Assembly: GCA_965223435.1 (NCBI GenBank)
Contig: CBDCWQ010000023.1
Span: 790,694-854,693, forward strand
Source: Myxococcota bacterium
GTDB taxonomy: Bacteria > Myxococcota > Kuafuiibacteriia > Kuafuiibacteriales > Kuafuiibacteriaceae
Length of the DNA: 64,000 nucleotides
Reading direction: 5' to 3'
Within the stretch, counting starts at the first letter, position 1; each line of letters begins with the position of its first letter. Below, piece after piece: positions 46,801-55,800 of this stretch. Both the position numbers and the translations under genes were made by a program. The notes under the pieces were generated by a model, which was not told the origin of the DNA, made no database searches, and saw only the letters and a list, made by a program, of their open reading frames with translations.

Positions 46801-49800
46801 AAACACCTTGACCCGTCCGTCGTCGCCGAGGATTCTCGGCAGATCGGGAATACTGAGGTCGAGCGTCCCGCCTCCCGATTCGGGCACGATGCCGCGTAGC
46901 GGCAAAATCTCGGGCAGATGCCGAGCATCAAAACCATAGATCCGGCCGTCCTCAAACGGTCTTTGGGTGCCCGCTTGGGTGTCAAATTCTCGGTGGCTTC
47001 GAATGGTCTCCTCGTCTTCAAAAAATAGACCTACCCCCGTTTTGTCGTCGAAAAAGACCGCTTCTCTTACAATCTCACCCGCCTGGACGGAACCGACTTC
47101 GACCCAGGCGGAACTCGGCGCCTCTTCGAAAACCACCATCGTTTCCAGGCCGACGTCCGCCTGACCGGCCATGATGGCGCCTGCGGGAAGGGCGAAAGGG
47201 AGCACCGCGGCGGCCAGGCTCGCATCTTGGAGAATCAATCGCTGAAGCCCGGCGTATGTGCCCTTCATCGACTGCTTGATGGCCTTGACGCGCGCCACGT
47301 TGGCGGAGGACACATCTTCGAGGACGGTCACACCCTCGTCCCTGCCAGCGTTCGGGTTGGGGGTGAATGCTTCAAAAAGTTCTAGAAGTTCGGGGGATGG
47401 CCGCATCCACGCCGCCAGGTGTGCGATGTGGTTTTGGTACTCGCCGGCCAGCTTTTCGGCCGCCTCTACGGAGAGGGCCTGACCATAGATTTGGAGTTGG
47501 TCGATGAGGCCGTCAAAGACGTGGGAGACGGCCTTGGCTCCCCAATGTCCGCCGATTGCCAAAGGACCTGCCTCTTCGAGCCCGGGCCATGAGGGGTAAA
47601 AGGATAGGTTCATGGACGCGTTGGCGATGCCGTTTACGTAAAGAAGGCCCTCTTGGATGGGACCCTCCCAGGTGACGGCGACGTGATTCCATTCGCCGGG
47701 CCTCAAGGCGTCGACGGAGATCAGGGTGTGTGCGGTGGGCGTTCCTAGAGGGTTCGTGACCAAGAAGGCGGCTCGATGGTCGGTCATGACCCGAAGCTCG
47801 AACCCCTGGCCCGCTTCGTCTCGATTGCCGACCACGACCCCGTCTTCGGTCAAGGTCCGGGCGGGGTTGAGCCATACGCTGATGCTGAAAGATTCGTCCC
47901 CCCCGAAACGGAGCGCGTCCTTTGGCGAGGGCACTTGAATGGCCCCATAGGCGATGGGCGAGGTGCTGGGCCGGTAGGCGTGGCCTCGTCCGCCTACGCC
48001 TGCTTCGTATCGCCATGCGGGCATGGGACCCATGGGAAAGACGCCCGGTGCGTAGTGCCCGGTGGAGTCGCGGGTATTTTTTTCGAAGGCCCATTCGCCG
48101 ATGGGCGCAAGGGGTTTGGGTTCGGTGAGCGCTTCCTTGAGCGAGGACTCGTCGCGATTTTCGCCTAGTGAAATTTCGATGCTTCGCTCCACCTCGTAGC
48201 CGGTGGCTTTGTTCCTCAGCCGTATGGGGAGGGTGTAGGTCGAAGGCACGGGCAGCCCCAAAAGCCTCCAAGGCTCGGTGCTGACGCAGATGTTGGCGCC
48301 TTCGCGCGCACCGTGTTCGAGGTGTTGTGTCGGATAGCGAGAAACCCAAACCAGGACCCGTGCCTCGTCATCCGGATGGATGAACTGGTGGTCGACCTCG
48401 AGCGCGCCGTCTTTGAGTGCGATAAAACATTGGGTGGCCGCACCGTCCACGGGCGCTTTGATGCGAAGCACTTCAGGCACCACTTCCATGTTTTCGTAGA
48501 CCGCATCCTCGGTCATCGCCCACGCGGTGTTTGGGCGCCCAAGACCCGGTTCTCCGAGTCCACTCAGAGACCAAAGTTCGGCTTCGTTCCCGAGGGTGCC
48601 AAGGTCATCGCCCGTCGGCGCGGAGCCTCGGATCTCGACGGGTGTGGTGTCGAAGGTGGTTCCGTCGTTTTGCCGCAGCCTCAGTGAAATCCAAAGCGGC
48701 TCCCCGCGGCCGGCTGCTCGGACATACTCTGGCCAGGGCTGCCCGAGGATACTCTTGTCTTCGTGAAAGAAGGCGCCGGTGTGGAATGCACCTACGGCGT
48801 GGGTTTGTTCCCCGGCGGAGATGTCACGGAGCAAAAACCGAATGGCGTCGTGGACGCCACCGTGCGCTGTTGACTTCTTGAACACAAAGGCTTCGACGCT
48901 CGTGATCGGGGTATCATCGTCGAGAACGAATCGGGTGTGCACCACCGTTTCTTTGGGGGCAATTCCAATGCCAAAGACGTGCTGGCTTTGAAACTCGGCC
49001 GTGACGTGGACATCGGCCAAGTGGGGTGTCCACGCCTTAGGGGCGTGCACGCTGGGCTCTTGAGGCATTCCCGGGGAAGATGGCTGCATGAGCACACACG
49101 AAAACGGGAGCCCGGGCACCGGTGGGGTGATGACGTACGAGCCTTGGAGGGCCACGCCCGCCTTCCCGACCGGCGTGAAGTGAAAGTGTGTCGGTTTGTC
49201 GTTGATGGCAAACAGCTGTGCATGAAACACGCCCGCATCGCCCTGGCTTCGCCGCGCGTAGACGTCATGGTGCGCCCCTTGAAGGAGTCCCGCATCGTAG
49301 CTGCAGAGGAGGTTCTGCTTGTTTTCAGGAATCGGCGGGTCTTTTTCAGGAATGGTGACTTCGACGAGGCCTTTTTCGAGCGGCCCAAACTGAAAGTCGG
49401 TGGAAAAGGCGACGGCCAGCGCCGATTCTTCCGGCGAGCCCAAGAACCCGAAAAGGTCGCCTGGCGTCGATGTTTGAGGGTGAGACAGCACACTCAGGGC
49501 ACGGTCCGGGGCGGCATCCCAAACCGCCAAACTGCCGATGAACCACGGTGCCCACGGCGCACCAAAACCGGCGCCCAGAACTGACGCGCGATGCGCCCTG
49601 TCGTCGTCTACGGGACTCAACCGATTCCGCCACGCATCTTGGGTGCTCGGGCCCAAGGCATGAGCTTGCCCTCCGGCATGGCCGTCGACCAGCATGTCAA
49701 AGTCTGCGGTCGACAAGACTCCCTGGCGGAGCCTACTGTGGAGCCAGCCCGGGCGCATGGCGATGCGGTGACTGAAAGGGACGAGCCGCCCCTCGCCAAA

Positions 49801-52800
49801 AGTGTGAATGAACTGTCGAAGTTGAGTGCTCCGCACTTGCTTTTCGGCGCTGAGGGGCCAAAGGGGCGGATCCACCGGCACTCCAAGCGCGCTGAACTGA
49901 ACGTGATGGCGGGCGGGCGTTTTTAAGGCGAGGCGAAGCGCGACGTGGGTGGGGAGCCAGTAGGCCAAAGAAGCCGGTGAAAACGCCTCAATGGGATCTA
50001 TTCCGCTGAGTTCGAAGTGTATCGGCTGCTTGTCCTCGCGCGCCCGGGTCAGCGCGTTTTCGACCACGTGGACCAACCGGGCGCGGACGGTCTTTTGGAT
50101 CCCTTCGAGCGAAGCGTCGGGGGGAATCACAGAACTTGTATGGTCTTCAAAGAGGCGGTGGATGCCTTGCCAGCGGTTGGGTGCGGTCCGGAGCTTGAGA
50201 CCGCTTGGTTCTGGCAGAGCGCCGACCACGGGGTCCGTCAGGCGGACCAGATCATTCAACCTAAGAAGGTCCTCTTCGTGATCGTAAGGCAAGATCTCAA
50301 CGAGCTGGTCGGGTGAGGTGCCCGTGCGCGCTCTCAGGAGATGGGCGACGGCGTTTTCAACGACCGCACACGCTTGGGGCGTGCCCAAAAACGCATCCAA
50401 CGAAACCGACGCCTCGGCGAGGAGGTCAGCCTCCTGGGCACACAGGGCAAAAAGGTCGTGTACCGTTTCCCGAACGCGGTCCGAAAACCCGCTTGCACTC
50501 AGTTTTCTTGCCCACGCCTCTGGGGGCGTGGGCCCGCCGCCCGTGGAGCCGAACGCCAGCTGTTTGAGACCAAAATGGATTCTTACCAGCTGCCGGAAAA
50601 GTTCGTCAAAGCGGTGGGCCTCGAAGTCGGACGCCAAAAGGGCGCCCAGGGTCTCCACCATCTTCACCTTGAGACGGTCTTCGAGGGCAAGCCAGGACTC
50701 TGACCTCCGCACCGGTGGACGAGGGTTGGCGCTGACCAGGGCGGGCCCGGCCTGCACGCCCAAAAAGCCCGACGGTTGATGAACAAGGCGCGCGGCGATT
50801 TGGGCCGCGGGGTCGGGGGCTTCGAGGTTTCTGAGGGCGCTCAGCTCCACGAGCGCCAGGGCCTCCTGCCGCGAATCGATCCCCCGCACGCCGCGCCTTG
50901 CCAACGGGACGCCGATGAGATCTAGCCAGGCCAGGGGCTCGGCGCCGCCTTCCCCCGTGCTCTGGGAAAAGGATTGGGGCGCATGCGTGCGGGCGAATGC
51001 GAGCGCGTCGAGAAGGGCGAGGGCCTTGCCCGGCGCTTGGGCATCGAGAAAAAACAACGAGCAGAGGGCATAGGTGCTTGGCCCGTCAGCCTCAACGGAG
51101 GCGCCTTCCCGGAAAACTCTCTTGATGGGTCGGGTGCCCCCTTCGTTCCCGCAAAGCTCGGCGAGGCGTGCCCCGATTCGCTCAGCCCAATCCAAAAACA
51201 CGGGCTCTTGTGGCGAAGCCTCCTTCAGGGCGAAATAAGCGAGGACGTTATCGTCCACGTCGGCGTGGGCCGCGTCCGGGAGGGCGTGGAAGAGGCCCTG
51301 GTCGTGCCCCACCTCGTGTTCTCCTCGGCCCGGCGATAGGCCGCCGTCTGGCAACTGGTGTCCGAGGTCATGGCGGAAGGCCTGGCTTTCAAGAAACAAA
51401 AGTTCGGCTCGGAGCAAGGATTGGGCCTGGGATGCAAGGTCGGGCTCAACACCGTTCAGTTTCGAAAAGGCAGCGATGGCACCGAGCGCAACCATCTTTT
51501 GGCCGAGTGTGACTGCAGATCCGAGTCCCTCCGCCTCGCTGGGCTCGGCCTCCGAGGTGGGGGCTGGGGCCGACGACCGGGCCGCGAGAGGGGCCGTGAG
51601 GGCCAAGCTTTTGAACCACTTGGCCGCGGCGGATGGGTCGTGGTCTTTGCTCGCCGCCCAAAGGGCCAGCGCTTGGGTCTCGAAGGTTGGCGATGAGGAG
51701 CCTTCGCCGTTTGATGGTCCCTCCTTGAGGAACGCGTCGATCCGGGTGTGCGCAGCGTTCACGAAACGTGCGGTTTCTTTGACCCCGATGCCGAGCGCGT
51801 AGTGCGCAAGCGGCCCGTCGCTCCGGTCCTTTTTGGGTTGAAGATGATCGTGCACATCCATGAACCACACGATGGCGGTGCTGGAGTAGAGGCGGGTGGA
51901 TAGATCCTGGATGCGTTGACTCGAGTAGGGAAAGCCGTGGTCGCGCACAAACCGCTGGGACTCTGCCCAGAGGGTGTGCGCAAGCGTTTCGTATTCTGTT
52001 GCCCGCCGGTGCTCCGGGTGGGCGTCCTTGAACTGAAGCAGGCCCATGATGAGCCCCATGGTTGCTTCAAGGTGATAGGACGATGTCTGGAGCACGCTCG
52101 GGGCGATGTAGAGGTCGCGAAAGTCGTTTTGAAAGTAGTGGGCTCCGGTATAGGTCCCGTTCTGGTTCGGACATGCCCCTTCTTGGTCCCCAAGGCAAAA
52201 ACCGAGTTCTTTGACGTAACGAATGACGGTGTATTGGAGGCACCGGTCGAGCTTTTGAACGTATTCGGTGTCTGTCCCTTCGGAACGCTCTGGCGTCAGA
52301 TCGCGGTAGTCGACGGAGAGGGATAGCCAGCTGCAATTGTCGATGGCCGAGTGGTGGCTTTGCCCGGTCAGGGCGTACAGCGGTTCTAGGTCCCCTTGAC
52401 CAGAGGACAGCGCCGCCTGGTTGGCTTTTGGGGTCAGGTCTCCTTGGCTCCCCGTCACCATTCGTCCCAGGGGGCGTTCGGAGTCGAGGGCTTCACGCAT
52501 CGCACGCGCTTCGTTTGTATTGGGGTTCTGGGCGATGGTGGCTTCAAATTCTTGGATCCAGCCCGTTTCGTCCCAAAGTAAAGTGAAGATGCCCCTTCGA
52601 AGTTTGTCGCGCCAGCGCTCCAGGTGTTCTTGGTTTAGGTCTTGGGTTTGATTCAGGCCGAGGGCGCTTGCGTGGTCGAGGGCGTGGTTCAGTACACTCA
52701 GGACGTCGAGGTTGTGTTCAGTCACCACGTTGAGGGCATGGTCCTCCTGTTTCAGGGCCTGCCACTCGGTTTTGGTCAGCAACTTCCATTTCCATACGTC

Positions 52801-55800
52801 TTCGTTGCTGGTGCGGTGCGCGGCACACGCATCGTCGAGGTCACAGACTTTTACGCTGGGTTCAAAGTCGGGGTCGTAGTGGTCGTAGCCGATGACGTCG
52901 AGTACGCTGTAGTAGCCTAGGCGCCCCTGTCGGCTGACGCTGAGGCCCAACGTGTGAGGCTTCGAAGCGTGCCGCAGTCCCCGAGTCGTCCAGCCCGCGC
53001 TCATCAGATAGACCTCTTGGCCGCCTTCGGTATGAAGCTTTCGGCGATGGCGTAGGAGTCCTCGCAAAGACATTTCGTAGCAGCGCTTGAGCCAGTTTTG
53101 GTCCTGGTTCATGGCGTCGTAGGCCAAAGAGCTCAAGAAAACGCCCAAACCATGGACCGCCCACGCTGTCGCTCCAGTGACCAAGCGAGCGTCTCGCCAA
53201 TGGTCCCCCTGGGTGTTCCACGAAAAATGCCAGCCCTTCAGTTCGTTGTCGTGCTGGGCGTCGAGGACCGCTTGGGCGCACAGACTGCGCGCAAGCCCCT
53301 GTGCGCGCCGCTGGGCGTCGGGGTCCCCTTCTCGGGAGGCTTGGGCGAGGGCGATACCCATGGTGTACGCCCACACCCGCTTGTAGCCAGCGAGGTGCTG
53401 GGCATCTTGGGCATCAGGCGATGTTGAAACGTCGTCGGTGCCGGCTGCTTCCCATCGTTCTTGTTTGGCACGCTCGACTTCATTTGGGCGATACTCCACG
53501 AGATAGAGTCCGGTCGTCCCTTCAGGAACAAAGCGATCCTTGTAAAAATACTCGGTGGTCCTTTGGGGCGCTTGCTCATCGGCATTTTTTTCGTTTGCCT
53601 CTTCGGGCGCCAGCGATAGGTCGGTTCGAAGTAGGGCCTTTCGCTCGCTCCAGGCGCGTGCGTAGTTTGCACTGACACCGCTTGTTTCGGGTTCAGCCAA
53701 TCTGAGGTCTACATGGGCATTGTCAAAGGTGACGACGCTTGCCGCGGCCGCGCCCGGGGCAAGGGTGAATTCGATTTGCCCTTGAAAGGGGGCGATTTGG
53801 GGCGGCGGGCTCCCTGTGGCCTCGGAGGCGGGCGCCAAGACACTGGTTTCGGAGCTTTTTGGAACGTCTTTGTATACCGCCACGTGATCCCCATTCACGG
53901 CCCGGACTGTGGCCTGAACGGCGTGGTTGCTGACGCCAAGACTCGGCCTTATGGTTGTCGAGACCTGCCGCACTTCGTTGTCCCATGATGCCCGGGTTGC
54001 AAAGATGCGTTCGAATTGCTCGTTGGTCGCCCCATCTCCCGCGAACGTGACGACGGCCAGGGTGCCCAGGGTTTGGACCGCTGGGACGGCAAAGTAGCTG
54101 TCCTCGTAGGTCGTTCGGGCTTCGGCGTGTGAGCCTTGTGGGTTCAAGTGAGGCGGCTTGACCGGATAGTGGCGTGCACTTCGCGGATCTTGGCTCAGTT
54201 CGCCAAGGGTCCATGTCTCACCGCCGTCGGGGCTCTTGGCCAGCATAAGCTTTGCCGACGGTTTTGGGGTTGAGTCGGTGGGTGCGCGCGGCGCGCCATA
54301 GGCCACCAACAGGGCTCCGTCAGAGGCGACGGCGATGTCTGGCATGTAACCCCTCAGATCCTCGGCACCGGCGCGCAATCGATGCGGTGAGGACCATGTG
54401 AGGCCGCCATCGTCAGATTGCGCCATGTGGATGGCATTCCCGTTCGGTTGATTTGCGTTGGATGACGAACCTTTTTCGTACACGACAACGAGCTCGCCGC
54501 CCGGTGTCGATACGAGGTGGGGGTAGGAAGGGCGCTCCTGGTGATCTTTTTTGGTGACGGTATCGATGGTCGAGATGCGCCAGGGTTGTGTTTTGGATGC
54601 TTGCTCAGCGCGGACTTTGTCTTTTGGCCCCAGCGGACTTTGAAGGGGGCGCATGGCGATTTTGATGTGGTCGTCCTCGTGCCAGGTCCCTTCATAAAGA
54701 TATTGCCACTGGTGACCGATGTGTTCCCACAAAAGTCTATCGCCGGATTCGTAGTGTTTTTTCCATGTTTCTCGCCATCCGACAACGTGTCGCGTGGGTC
54801 TGGGTTGATAGGTGATGGACGCACCGAACACTGGATCTTTCGCCATGCGCAGCCACGCGGGGTTTTCGACGGGTTTGTCGTCCCAGGCGCGAAACTGGCG
54901 CGCCACGATGTAGACCGCGCGGTCGTCCACCCACAGTGAGGGCGCATAGGCGTAGCTGTTTTCTAACCAGTCGATGTGGGTCGCCTCGGCGTCTTCGTTT
55001 TCGCCCAAAACATACGATTCTTCGCACCAGCAATGCGCGCAACGACACTCGCCGTTCACCGGCTCATATTGCACTTTGTATTGGACGACTTCTCGAGCAG
55101 GCCGGCGCCTCGGAACATCAAACACGCTGAGTCGATGGTGGTCTTGCTTCTGGCCGAGCGTCTTGCTCTCTTCTTCCTCGAAATCTCTTGCGTAATAAAT
55201 CTTGTTGCCTTCATTCCACACCATATGGTGGTGCCCGAACCCATCGAAGGCCATCGAAAGGTCTCGTTTCCATTCTCGACTGACACGGTCCGACCAGACT
55301 TCAAAAAAGCGATCGTCGCTTTTGTCTTTTTCCCATACCTGAATATGATGCTCGCCTTTTTCGTTCTGCTCGATAAAGCCGACGAGGACGCGACTGGGGG
55401 TCGCGGCGACGGCGACATCGGTGATCGTCTGCCCGCGTTTGGGTTCGAGGACCCAGGCGCGATGGACAAAGCTGCCCGGAGCCCCACTGATTTCGCTTCT
55501 TCGGTACGCGATGGCGTCCTGGTTTTCTTGGCCGGGGCGACGGACGATGTAGGCGAGGTGCAGGTGCTTTTTTTGCCCGTGTTGGCTGAGTGCGGTTTTG
55601 GGCAACAAGGTACGGTGTTCGACCGGAGTGACCGGGAACGGGGGTTCGAATTCGCCGAGAGCCATGACCGCTTGGGGTTCCACCACCGATTGTACGACAG
55701 CGGTCGAGGGCATGGACCATGGAGCCGTTTGAGATGGGGTCTGAACCACGGCCTGGACCGAGTAGCGATATTCGCCATACGCAGGCACGGTTTCGCTGTG